Source: the human T2T-CHM13v2.0 reference genome, Homo sapiens
DNA: 64,000 nucleotides
Strand: one strand, 5' to 3'
Assembly (NCBI RefSeq): GCF_009914755.1
Contig: NC_060930.1
The translations under genes were made by a program, and so were the position numbers. The notes below the pieces were generated by a model. It had not been told where the DNA came from. It was given only the letters and a program-made list of their open reading frames with translations, and searched no databases. Shown here one piece after another: positions 42,661 through 57,489 of this stretch; position 1 is the first letter of the stretch; each line of letters begins with the position of its first letter.

Positions 42661-43910
42661 AATATAACCTATTTATATTATAGGTTTTATATATATATGA
42701 TATATAAATATATTTTATATATATATTATATTTTATATATAAATATATATTATATTTTATATATATATTATATTTTATATAAAAATATATATTATAGTTT
42801 ATATAATATATAAATATATATTATAGTTTATATAATATATAAATATATATTATAGTTTATATAATATATAAATATATATTATAGTTTATATAATATATAA
42901 ACTATATTATAGTTTATATAATATATAAACATATATTATAGTTTATATAATATATAAACATATATTATAGTTTATATAATATATAAACATATATTATAGT
43001 TTATATAATATAAACATATATTATAGTTTATATAATATATAAACATATATTATAGTTTATATAATATATAAACATATATTATAGTTTATATAATATATAA
43101 ACATATATTATAGTTTATATAATATATAAACATATATTATAGTTTATATAATATATAAACATATATTATAGTTTATATAATATATAAACATATATTATAG
43201 TTTATATAATATATAAACATATAGTTTATATAATATATAAACATATATTATAGTTTATATAATATATAAACATATATTATAGTTTATATAATATATAAAC
43301 ATATATTATAGTTTATATAATATATAAACATATATTATAGTTTATATAATATATAAACATATATTATAGTTTATATAATATATAAACATATATTATAGTT
43401 TATATAATATATAAACATATATTATAGTTTATATAATATATAAACATATATTATAGTTTATATAATATATAAACATATATTATAGTTTATATAATATATA
43501 AACATATATTATAGTTTATATAATATATAAACATATATTATAGTTTATATAATATATAAACATATATTATAGTTTATATAATATATAAACATATATTATA
43601 GTTTATATAATATATAAACATATATTATAGTTTATATAATATATAAACATATATTATAGTTTATATAATATATAAACATATATTATAGTTTATATAATAT
43701 ATAAACATATATTATAGTTTATATAATATATAAACATATATTATAGTTTATATAATATATAAACATATATTATAGTTTATATAATATATAAACATATATT
43801 ATAGTTTATATAATATATAAATATATATTATATTATAGTTTATATATAATATATAAATATATATTATATTATAGTTTATATATATATGAGATATATAAAT
43901 ATATAATACA
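42661..43910. repeat. AT-rich minisatellite, 29-bp unit ATATATTATAGTTTATATAATATATAAAC, ~36 copies in the core (~42787-43820) with degenerate TA-rich flanks
   Basis: 29-bp periodicity visible as a 2-nt register shift per 60-nt line; units nearly identical. Confidence 0.97.
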
Positions 43911-44774
43911 TTGTCAGTCATCCTGTTTTATTTAAAAGATCAAGTTCTGGAAAAGAAATGAAGAATTTTTTTTCAGTGTCTGTCAAAGGGGACATGAAGA
44001 AAATTGTTAGTGGAGGTTAATCCATATCTGTATAATTTAGCTGTAATTTCTACGTCAAAGTTAACCTTCAGTCACTAATTTGGATCCTTTTGTGCTTACA
44101 TAGTCACCTTTAGGCTAACTATAACAAGATTCTAGGAGTTCCTGATGCTTTTTTTTTTTTTTTAACTCTTCGGTTCCAATACCTAAAGTTATACACATGT
44201 GTTACACAGCTTGTCTGGTTAAATTAAGTGGGTATGGAATGTTAAAAATAATGGTAGGGAATAAATGAATTACTTAAGACTTGTTTATTCCATGCATAGA
44301 TTAGTGAGAACAATTCAGAAGGCATACTTTGTAGCCCCTCCAGAGCAGAAACTTCTTTATTTGAAGACTAGAATAGAAATATCTTTCTAACAGGTCTTAA
44401 GGATTAAAGTTGATTTTTATGGCTTTTAAAATGTTTGGAAAATGCTAACCATTTAACTTTGTATAACAGTAGTATTTTCTATGTGTCTTAAGTAGAGTGT
44501 TTGTGCAGTATTTGTATAGTCAAAGATAAGTTCTGTGACAGTAGAAAGATGAACAAGTCTCATTAAAGAAGGAATAGATTAGAAAGCATAAAAATGTTGC
44601 AGTTTTTCTACTGTGCCTTGTTTTTATATTGACCATCTGAAAATTAAATTATAGTTTTACTTTAATTGTCCACTTAAAACTTTGTAGCTTTGCAGTACTG
44701 CTGTTTCTTTTCTGGAATGCTGTTCTCCCTTGTCCTTCCCTAGGTACTTTGTTTTTAGATGTTAAGTTTTTATG

Positions 44775-45064
44775 ATTATGATTATTATTATTTTTTTTTT
44801 GGAGACAGGGTCTCACTTTGTCATCCAGGCTGGAGTGCAGTGGCACGAACACAGCTCACGGCAGTCTCGACTTCCCTGGCTCAGGTGATCCTTCCACCTC
44901 AGTCTCCCAAGTAGCTGGGACTACAGGTGTGCACCACCATGCCCAGCTACTTTTTGTATTTTTTGTAGAGATGGGGTTTCACCATGTGTCCTGAACTGAG
45001 GTGATCCTTCCTCCTCAGCCCCGCAAAGTATTGGGATTACAGGTTTGAGACACTACGCCTGGCC
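44775..45064 (-). mobile_element. Alu (AluJ)
   Basis: Reverse dimer with (TTA)n tail and a left-arm deletion. Confidence 0.9.
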
Positions 45065-45559
45065 ACATATTAGGTCTTAATGCGTCTAAGCATCACTTCC
45101 CCGGGAAAGCCTTTCCTGATGTCCCCGCCCCTGTTTCAGGGTCACATTACACACCCCGACTGCCATTTTATATTTGTTTCTATAACTGATGGCTGGCTCC
45201 TTTGAATGCTGTCAGCCTCAAGAAGCTGAGACTGTTTGTGATCACTTTTGTATCTTCAATGACAAGTTTAAAAGAGCAAAAATATATTCTAGTGAGATAA
45301 GTGACTCGATTATTGAAGTAGAAAACTATTAATCCCCAGCTGTAAGCTTTTGTTCTTTTAATCATGTGTTTTAGTGTATTTGTTAAAAGTGTATACAGGT
45401 ACAACACAAAATTTACATCTGCAGCTTAGGTATTAGCAATTATATTTTTTAAAACATAATCAATTTTACTAATGATTACATGAGAAATTGCCTGATGTTT
45501 TAAGGTAGTTGGAACAAGCTTCATATTTCTGAGACTTTAAAGAGTTGTCTTTAACCTAC

Positions 45560-48130
45560 AAGTTGTCAGAATTGTCTTTAATTTCCAAATGTATTGGGTT
45601 TTTCTCTTTCTTGTTGGTGATTTCTAACTTGATTGCATTGTGATCAGGGAGCCTAATTAAAATCAATACTGTACCTGGAAATTTGTTGAGGCTAACTTTA
45701 TTCCCAGCATACAGTCAGCTTTTATGTTTCACCTGTGCACAAAAAGAGTATACATATTATTGATGTGTGTGTCTATTCTGTATGCTCTATGTCCACTAGA
45801 CTTACTGTGCTGTTTATATGTATATCCTTACTAATTGTGTTCCTCTATTTGATCTGTTGTATCTAACTGATCCTCTGTCTACTTGATGGTGATGCTAAAA
45901 TGGTGAATTTAAAAATTTTCTCTACATTTACAATTAGTATTATTTTCTAGGTGAATTGAAGTTTTTATCATTATGAAGTGAACCTCTTTACCTCTGGTAA
46001 TGCATTTTTTCTTAAAGACTATATTTCTAATGTTAATGTGATTTCACTAGCTTTTGGTAAATATTTCCCAGATATATAAAAGCCAATAGCTGAATTTTAC
46101 CTTTTTATCCAGTCTGATCTTGGTGCCTGCCTGTACAGCATTGTGTTTACTGATATATTTGGATTTCTGTCTACCATCTTATAGATTGTAGGAGCCCACT
46201 CCCAACTTTGTGGAAGGTTTGTGTTATAAGTCTCTTTTTTCCAGTGGTTATCATAAGGATGTTAACATTAAAGTCTGAAATTACTTAATATCATTAGCCT
46301 TTTCCTGAATTACAAAAAGACATAAGGTTATTTAACTCCAGTCATCTCCCCCAATATGATCAATTATTGCCCAGTATTTTAGTTATATCTTTTTCACCAC
46401 AAATTGAACATTATTTTTATACAGTTAAATGTTTTAGATCTAATCATATTGTACTGTGTCTTTGCTTACTGTTTCTTCTTACATTTCAGTCTTTTCTTGA
46501 GATAATTTCCCTTCCATCTAAAATGAATTGGAATTTCCATTGAGAAGGTATGTTGTTGGTAAATCTCTTATATGTCTCTTAGGTATGAAAATTACCCTGG
46601 TCTTGAAAGAGTTCTAGGTTGACAGCATTTTCTCCTAGTACAATGAAGGTATTCTTCCTTTGTTTTCTACTGGCTTTGACATTTGCTGCTGGGAAGCCAG
46701 TTAGCTAATTATTGTTCCTTTGTCCGTGGTGTGACTCCTCACTGGCTGTTTTTAACTTTCTCAGTTTTAGTATTTTGCAGTTTGACTGTAGTGTGTCCAT
46801 GTGTGGATTTTAGTTGCACAGCTTGGGTTTCCTGGGTATCTTGGATCTGAGGACAGGTGCTACGTTAGTTCTAGAACAGTGCTGTTCAGTGTACTCTTTG
46901 TGATGATGTTCTACATCTGTGCCGTCCATATGGTAACTGCCTGCCTCTTGTGGCTAACAAGAACTTGAAATGTGGTTAGTGTGACTGAGGAACTGTGTTT
47001 AAATTTTAATTTCAGTAGCCACATGTGGCTAATGGCTACTTTATAGGTGAGTGCAGCTCTAGAAAATTCTCAGCGGTTATTCATGAAAATTGCCTTTTCT
47101 CCATTCTTTCTTTCTGGAACTCTAGTAACGTGAAAAGGACCGATGGAAATCTAACTTCCCATCTGTCAACCTGTCATGTTTTCTTTGTGCTACATTCTGG
47201 ATGATTTCATTTGTTCTTACCTTCTGTTCACTATTCTTTCCTCAGTCAGGCCAAATCTGCTCTTTTATTCATCCATTTAATTTTCAGTTTCGGTTATCTT
47301 CTATTTTTAGAAATTGTATTTGGTTCTATTTCAAATCTGCTTATCATTCATTATAGTTTCTGGTTCTTTGCTCATATTTTTAAGCTTCTCTTAAGCATGT
47401 CAAAACATTAATAGTTTTCCGTCCTAATCTCAGAAGTCTGATTCAGCCATCCGTTTCTGCACATTCTCACTCATGGTGCTTTGTTTTCTTGTGTGTTTTG
47501 TGATTTGATTTGATTTTTCCTTGAGTTGCTTGTTTTCCTTGGAACTTCCTCTGTGGGAATCCTATTACCTAGATTGAGGTTGTATCCTTCCAGGGAGGAT
47601 TTGTGTGTGCTGATACCAGTCTCCTGGGGACATTACATCCTTGGAGTCACTATATCTTTAATTCCTGGCTTAATGTTTTCTCAGCCATACTGGGTAGAAT
47701 AAATATGGACCTGGCATCTCAGGAGAAATTTTCCTCATCCCCACTACTCTGTATCAATGATGAGACATTTCCTTGCACACAGGTTTTCCTCTTTACCCTT
47801 ATGCTGAGGTCCTTTTGGAGTCCCAGCTTGTAGCTTAATACAGGACACTTTGTGTGTTGCCTCCCCTGCCCCCACACAGTCCCCAGAGCACAGAGCCAGG
47901 CTCCCAGGTTTGTGGAGTCTCCCAGCGGGAAATCCTGCCTCAGCACATGTGTTCTCCCAGGGTTTCTGCTTTCACTTCCTTTGTGGCCTCTCCGGAGCCT
48001 TTCCTTTTGTGCTAACTCAGCAGTGTGTTTCAAAAGGTGTTTAGTTTGTATCTTTTGCTTTTAATATTTTATTCAGCACTTCAGTTGTTTCAGTCTGGCA
48101 GTGGCTCAGGTATTAGCTTGCTCTAGTTGC
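45560..48130 (-). mobile_element. Old L1ME-type fragment(s), antisense
   Basis: gatttctaacttgattgcattgtgatcag, ttttatcattatgaagtg, aattctcagcggttatt motifs; T-rich. Confidence 0.65.
46877..47056 (+). mobile_element. MER3 hAT-Charlie element, 8-bp TSD (T/C)TCTAGAA
   Basis: cagtgctg…acttgaaatgtggttagtgtgactgaggaactg…tagccacatgtggcta…gtgcag. Confidence 0.88.
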
Positions 48131-48791
48131 TGGAACAAAATCCAAGTCAGAGCATCTTTATAGCAGACTGTCAAGTGAAGGGAGTGGAATATGTGCATGA
48201 AAGTGTTAATCTGATCTTTGCAGAGGGAAAGGTCAAAAAGTTGTTAAGCATTTTGGTTGAAACCAAACCTTCAGTCAAGCTGTCAAACTGTGGGCATTTC
48301 AAAACTTTCCAATTGATATTTCTTTGTCATTTTTCTTTTGACTATTAAAAGCACATGATAGACTACTTACTAATTTCTAGGCATTGTAAATGCAGTGTTT
48401 AAGGATGCTATTCAGTCTGACTGAATTTTTCTAAGTTATTTGTAGTATCTGAAAATCGAGTCATATGGTATTATTACCCACAGGGACAGTACTCAGAAGT
48501 CACAGATTTGTGATTGTTCATTAAGTCAGACACTTAACTTTAGGGATAAATTAAAGAGGGGGAAATGCAGCTTCATTCTGTTGCCTATCACCCGTTGTCA
48601 TCCACAACTCATTCATTTGAACTTCAGATGTGCCAGGTCCTCTGGGATGTCAGTATGAAAGGCCTGTCCTTGTACTCAAAGGGCACAATGTCTTGAAGGA
48701 GGGCAGGCTGTCTGCAGGGGCACAGTGCAGGCTCCTGGCACAGTTCCTCAAGCCCAGAGGCTTTCAAAGGACCCAAGTCTTGAAATGTCTG

Positions 48792-49150
48792 TGTATTAGT
48801 CTGTTCTCATGCTGCTATGAAGAAATACCCGAGGCTAGGTAATTTATAAAGAAAAGAGATTTAAATGACTCACAGTTCCAAAGGGCTGGAGAGGCCTCAG
48901 GAAGCTTACAAATCCATGGTGGAAGGGGAAGCAAACATGTCCTTCTTCACATGGCAGCAGGAAGAAGTGCCGAGCAAAAGGGGGAAAACCCTTATAAAAC
49001 CATCAGATCTTGTGAGAATTCATGAGAACAGCATGGGGGTAACTGCCCCCATGATTCAATTACCCCCACCAGGTGCCTCCCACAACATGTGGGGATTATG
49101 GGAACTACAATTCAAGATGAGATCTGGGGAGACACAGCCAAACCATATCA
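48792..49150 (-). mobile_element. THE1B/C-type solo LTR, TSD GTCTG
   Basis: tgtattagtctgttctcatgctgcta…cagccaaaccatatca; GTCTG on both sides. Confidence 0.92.
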
Positions 49151-50133
49151 GTCTGTTACTTAGTACTTTGAGTGAGTTTTAAACCTTACTCTATCACTTC
49201 AGTTGCTTCAAAAATACTTCCATAGTACAGCTCCACAGTCTGCAAGTCCAGACTTTGCCTTGTCAGATCCCAGATATTCAGTTCAGCAGACATTTCAGTA
49301 GCTATTTTGTGCCACTTGGATGCTGGGAATAAAGATTTGGATCCTCCCTAGGACAGTTGACATTCAGATATTAATGAATTGGTGTATTTAAAATGTGCGA
49401 GTTTAAATGTATTTCCTAATTTAAATTCACAGAAAAAGGCTTGAAAATTTAGACGTATGTATAAATAGTTGCCTATTGCATAGTGGCTGCACATAAGAAG
49501 TTTTTTTATGTTTTAGTTTGTTTTATAGTCTCAAGATTTTAAGTAATGAATATTTGCTGCTTTTGTAACAAGGAAAAAAAAGATTTTTTTTTAATTAAAA
49601 ACTTACTGTCTTTAGGCCTCTAAAGCAGATTCCCAAACTTATATACCTTCTGTTAATTTGTTTCAAATTGTACTAGGTTGGAAAAATTTTTTAATGCTTA
49701 CACATAGTAAGGGCACTTCAATAGAAGAATGCTAATGCATTCAGGATTACAAATATTATTTTGTAATTTTCTTAAGTATGGTACTTAAGGAAATTTTCTT
49801 CTTCCAGGGGAAAAAAAGAGTATGTTTTAAAAGTAGCTTTAAAACATAACTGAAAACTTACTGAACAACTAGCACTGAATCTGAAGGTGTTACAAATTGC
49901 TGTTTCATAAATACATTGGTAATTTTACCTGCCACCATGTGCCTTCTCCCTCAGGAGCTTAGAAGAGGCAGGGTGGTTAATTCTTTGTGGTTAGGCAGGG
50001 TTTCCAGCACTGCACTTCTCCTCCCGCCTTCCTAAACCATGACTCAGATTTTAGAGTCAAGAGTTGAATAATATGATTTTACAGTTGTTTTGTTGATGCA
50101 TCAGATTTACTTTGTCCCGTGACTATCTACCAG

Positions 50134-51139
<1,006 letters not shown>

Positions 51140-51240
51140 ACAGTATGTAAAGCGTATTCAATGTCCTTGCAACCCCTAAAAGCTCCAAAACCCTAGGAAA
51201 TCAATACCCGTTAGGTTACTGAGATCTGTGGTTACAATAG

Positions 51241-51630
<390 letters not shown>

Positions 51631-51830
51631 TAGAGTTCAATTACTATATAATGACCAAAAGCAAAGTTTTCAGCCTTTAAAAACCCATTCCCCTTCTTTT
51701 TTTTTTTTTTTTTTTAAATAGAGTCTTGCTCTGTTGCCCAGGCTGGAGTCCAGTGGTGCAAACATGGCTCATTGAAGCCTTGAACTCCCACACTGAAGCA
51801 ATCCTCCTGCCTCATCCTCTTGAGTATCTG

Positions 51831-52175
51831 TGATATGGTTAGGCTTCGTGTCCCCACCCAAATCTCATCTTGAATTGTAATCGCTGTAATCTCCAAGTGT
51901 CACAGGAGGGACCAGGTGGAGGTAATTGAATCACGGGGTCGATTTCCCCCATGCTGACTGAGCTGATGGTTTTATAAGGGGTTCTTCCACCTTCACTCAG
52001 TACTTCTCCTTCCTGCCACCTTGTGAAGAAGGTGCCTTGCTTCCCCTTCACTTTCCATCGTGGTTCATGAGGCCTCCCTAGCCATGCTGAACTGTGAGTC
52101 AATTAAACCTCTTTCCTGTATAAATTACCCAGTCTTGGGCAGTTCTTTATAGCCGTGTGAAAACAGACTAATACA
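51831..52175 (+). mobile_element. THE1C/D-type solo LTR nested in an antisense Alu right arm/FRAM (51697-52211); TSD (A/G)TCTG
   Basis: TGATATGGTT…GACTAATACA; the host Alu is split at tgagtatctg | gtctgggaccacagg. Confidence 0.9.
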
Positions 52176-52211
52176 GTCTGGGACCACAGGCATACACCAC
52201 CATGCCTAGCC

Positions 52212-52513
<302 letters not shown>

Positions 52514-52873
52514 ATTACCCTTTTTGATAAGTGGAAACATCTTGTGCACGTTCTGGAGTTTTCATTATGAAAGTGATAGATAGTGATTCTCTAAAATGCT
52601 ACAAGTATTAAATTTTTTTCTCAAACTCCCCTCTTCTCTGATTCATTAGGACTCTCTTCTATACAGAAAGATATGGCAATGGTAATAAGCTTCCATCTGA
52701 GAGAGAAATTGAACTCTTGCTAAAGTGATGATATTTCCTAAGGATTAGGAATTAATGGTAGAGCTGTGGTACTCTAACTAGCTGTATCACAGTCACCAAC
52801 CCGGGGAGCTTGTTAAATCACACAGAGTTTCTGATTCAGGAGGTCTGGGGTGGGGCTGAGAACACACATTTCT

Positions 52874-53174
<301 letters not shown>

Positions 53175-54266
53175 GAGAACACACATTTCTACCAGTTCCC
53201 AGGTGATGCTGATGCTGCTGGTCTAGGGACCTAACTTCCAGAACCACTATTGTGAGGGATGGAAAAATAAAAGAAAGAACTTGGGTTCTGTCCTTGGTTG
53301 GTCCCTAAGATCTGTGAGGCCGTAAATTGGGTGGCTGCACTAGCATGCCGTGTGCAGTGAACACTTGTGTCTTGCTTAAAGGATTATTTTATCTAACTGG
53401 GTTCATATGATGCAGAAAATCACAGATCCGTAAAATATTCTCAGAAGCTATTTAGTTTCTCGCCAACTTGTAGTGTTGTCAGTAACTTTTCAGTTCTTTT
53501 GATTGATCGTTGGTATTATATGCAAAATGTCTCAACACTGTTACAATCTCACATTACCATGGAGGCTGGTTACTACTCTTCCTATTGCCTTTTAAGTTAG
53601 CCAGAAAACATGCGATACAGTTTTGTGTGTTATTAAAACAGTAATCAGTCCAGATTTATTTGCATTGTATAATATGTTCCTACCGTGATTATATAATGAA
53701 AATAACTTTTAATTCACTAGGAGAGAAGAATCCTGTTCTTAAATTACTTATAAGTCAGATAATACATGCCTTTGTGTAAATCCAGTTTTTAATGTTATTT
53801 GTGTGGTAAGTACCCATACCTAATTTTGATGAATTTGAATTTCAGCGGCTTCATTTTTCCTGTTTGCCCACTTAGAAGCTTTAAGGAAGTAAAGAAACAA
53901 ATGTTTGTCAAAGCTAGAAAAAAGAATGTAGTCCCCAAACTAGGTAAATCTACCTCTGAATAATCAAATCCACCCATGTATTATTATAGGACCCATATGC
54001 ATGAAGGCATGGGCATGCTGTCTGTGTTCATATGACCTGTCTCTGCAGTCAGTAAGAAGTAACGGGTGTCTAAATAAGAGAAGGGCAGCAGATCGTGAAG
54101 CCGTCGTTGGCATTTAAACAAGGTGGCAACTGAACTGCACTGTTCAGTTTCTTGTGGGTTCCGTGAACAGCATATGCTGTACCATTAATTATGGAAGGAA
54201 TACATGTAATTGTTGGCTGTGGTTAACATTAGAATATTATTATGCATGAACATCAAGGGATATTGA

Positions 54267-54596
<330 letters not shown>

Positions 54597-56342
54597 AATA
54601 ATTTTTTTTTTTTTTATTCAACAGTCTCTCTCTAGAATTTATACTGTAAGTGAAAATGCATGTATATTTTTCTATCCAGAGAATTTACAGTCTAATGGAG
54701 AACACAGACACTTAGATATCTTCCATTAGGTGTACGGTTGCTGTGGTAAAAGTATGTATACATAGTGTACAGTGAGATAGCTCAGTATTTGGAGTCAGAA
54801 ATGAGACCCTCTGACCTGTTTCCCTCCATTTAGCCATTGGAAACTTAAGAGTAAAAATAAATGTATATCAATAAAGAGCCATAGTGTGAAAATTTTATGT
54901 AGAAGTGCTAAATATTCTGACATTATGTTACTCATGATGTAGAAGAGGATCATTTCTCTAGTTTAGGGAATGGTGTTAAATACTTGAAGGCATGTTTAGT
55001 TTGAGGTCTCATTTAAAGAGCTCCTATTTTAGTGACTGACCTTGCAGGACAGAAAGTACATTTTAGAGAAGTGTAAATGTCCACTTTCCCTGGTTGTACT
55101 CTAAAATTTTATCTGGCACTGGTTAAACTAAGCCACTCTTAGGAACCAGTGAACATTCGAGGCAAGTAGTCTGTGCCCAGGCTTGTTCTAAATCCTTTGT
55201 GGCCGAGGACATAGCGTCTTGGAATGGTTAAAATGGATCTGCTCCTTTTGATTTCCAGGTAAGCTGTTGTTTGATGTGTTTTGTTTACCTGGTTTGCAAT
55301 ACCCAGAGCTTATTCTAGAGAAGGGATTCCCAGCTGGTGAATTGTCAGGGGATCTTTAACTCTTTAAAATGTATATAGATTCGGTTAATAAAATACAGGT
55401 TTACTTAAAAACGCTGGACTTCATAGTACCTTTTTGGTGTTAGGTATCAATGAATTGTCCTTGTGTATAATTACTGTTATATGTGTGTGGGGATGTATAT
55501 ATGTAATGAATTAATGTTGAGGTCATTGGCATTCCTCTGTGATTCATTATAGCTGTTACATAAAAGCCTATTTCCCCTATTAGTGTTTTGTTTCTCTTGA
55601 ATTTTATATTTAGAATAAAAGAGAAATTATGTCTTTTATTAGAGATGCAATGAATGAATAAAATTAGTTCTACCTGATTATGAAGCATATGTATTTTCAT
55701 GTAATGGTGATATAGCATAGAGATTAGGAGCCTGGGTTCAAATCCCAGTCCAGTTATTAATACATTACTTTGAAAAGTTACTTACTGCTTCACTTTCCTT
55801 ATCTGTAAAATACAAATAATTGAATGGATTCAGGTGTGAATTCCATTGCACAGTCCAAGTGGGGGAAAAATTATAATTTTGCTTTTCTGTAATAATTTAC
55901 AACAAATTACATCCCCATCCTGCTGGGGAAGCAGACCTATAATATTTTAGTTCCCAGGCCACCGCCTCTTGCCCAGGGTGAAGCATAATTTGAGGGTGGG
56001 GATGGTAACCTAGTGCCATGGCCTTGAAGGTGTGACCCCATCTTGCCCTCCAGTCTCCTCTTTAGGCCTTTCCTCCTGCCCCTCAGTTTAGTAACTCTCT
56101 CCACCACTTCCTTGCTGTGCTGCTTGAGGACATGGTAACCACCTTGCTGGTTGTGCGCAGTATTGGGGCGTGAATCTCTGCAAAGCTCAGACCTTTCTGT
56201 CTTAATGTGATACATAGCTGTTTGGATTCTCCTATCCTCTCCGGTTGTTTCATGGTTTCACTAGGGTTCTGAAAGCAGGTGAAAAAAAACAAGAAAGCCT
56301 CACTGGGAAGGTGACACTCAGGTAGAGATCTGAGGGAAGGTG

Positions 56343-56438
56343 GGGGTGTCTTTGGATCTCGGGAAAGAGCAGACCCTCAGGCTGGTGCTTGGGGTGTCTT
56401 TGGATCTCGGGAAAGAGCAGACCCTCAGACTGGTGCTT
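56343..56438. repeat. 48-bp tandem duplication (2 copies, 1 mismatch)
   Basis: ggggtgtctttggatctcgggaaagagcagaccctcag(g/a)ctggtgctt twice. Confidence 0.95.
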
Positions 56439-56599
56439 GCACAGTGAGGCCAGAGCTGAGGGAGCTCAGGGAAGAGGGGCTGCTCCCCAGGCTGAGGAGG
56501 CCCAGGCGACCACAGGGGCTTTGACATTTATTTGGCAATAAAACCATTGGAGGGTTTTCACCACACCCAAAATGACTGACTTTTACAAAAAATTCTTTA

Positions 56600-56728
56600 T
56601 TTCTTTCTTTCTTTCTTTCCTTTCTTTCCTTTCCTTTCTTTCCTTTCCTTCCTTTCTTTCCTTTCCTTCCTTCCTTCCTTCTCCCTTCTCTCTCTCTCTC
56701 TCTTTCTCTTTCTTTCTTCTTTCTTTTT
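56600..56728. repeat. Polypyrimidine low-complexity tract (CTTT/CCTT/CT)
   Basis: About 130 nt of only C and T. Confidence 0.95.
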
Positions 56729-57489
56729 TAAAGAGTTGAGCTTGCCTTTATTACCCAAAGCTAACTGCAGGAGTTAACAGTCAGTTTGCTTTGATACTGG
56801 ATTTAAGCCTTATTTTATCCCTTCTTAAAACTTAATTGATTGTATCTTATTAAAGCCACACTAGGAAAATCCTGTGCTCCATTTAAGTCAATCAGTAAGA
56901 GAGCTTCAGAAGGATTGACACAGTATCCTTCTCTATATGAGGAATACCCCAGTCAAATCAGCTGGGAGAAAAAACTTTGTAAAGAAATTTTTAAAAACCT
57001 CTATTATTTTGCATTCGAGATTTTGTCTGATAGAAAATTTCAGATTATGTTTCCTGGATATACTGAAAGTGAATACAAACGGCTCATCAGACCATTTGGC
57101 TGTTACCGTTATGCTGTTCACTCGACTGGTGGCCACATAGACATAAGCAAAGTACTTGCAGACTGCCGGATTTCTGACTGATGAAACCATTTCTGATCAG
57201 CGACTCACTGCATTTCTCTTCCGATGAGGGTCACTGTTTGCAGGGTGTCTGGTATAAACTTCCTGAAGCCCCAGCAGTCTTGAGAGCAGCAGTAGAAGAA
57301 AGCAGCTGGAACCCTGAGAACTGGGGCAGAATGCTGTTATGGGCTAAGAAGAAATGGCATCATCTTGGCTTAGAATTTGGAGATTCAATGAATCTTTATT
57401 CTTTCATGGTTCCATTAAGTGATTATTTTTAATATGAATTAGATCACTGGAATTTCATATTAGTCATGCTGAAAAATTCCACATCTGTG

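Noticed and set aside
42787-43820. Regular ~29-bp palindromic repeats that could suggest a CRISPR array
   Set aside because: Units are head-to-tail with no unique spacers, there are no cas genes, and the context is a primate intron. It is a minisatellite.
45941-46590. Other AG|GT juxtapositions (TAG|GTGAAT at 45950, TAG|GTATGA near 46582)
   Set aside because: Weaker donors or pyrimidine tracts, inside a decayed L1; much less convincing than the site at 55258.
56750-57432. Unique stretch with overlapping 67-113 aa ORFs after a pyrimidine tract; possible processed pseudogene
   Set aside because: No recognisable protein similarity, no TSD pair or clear poly(A) tail. A BLASTX/BLASTN search would be needed.
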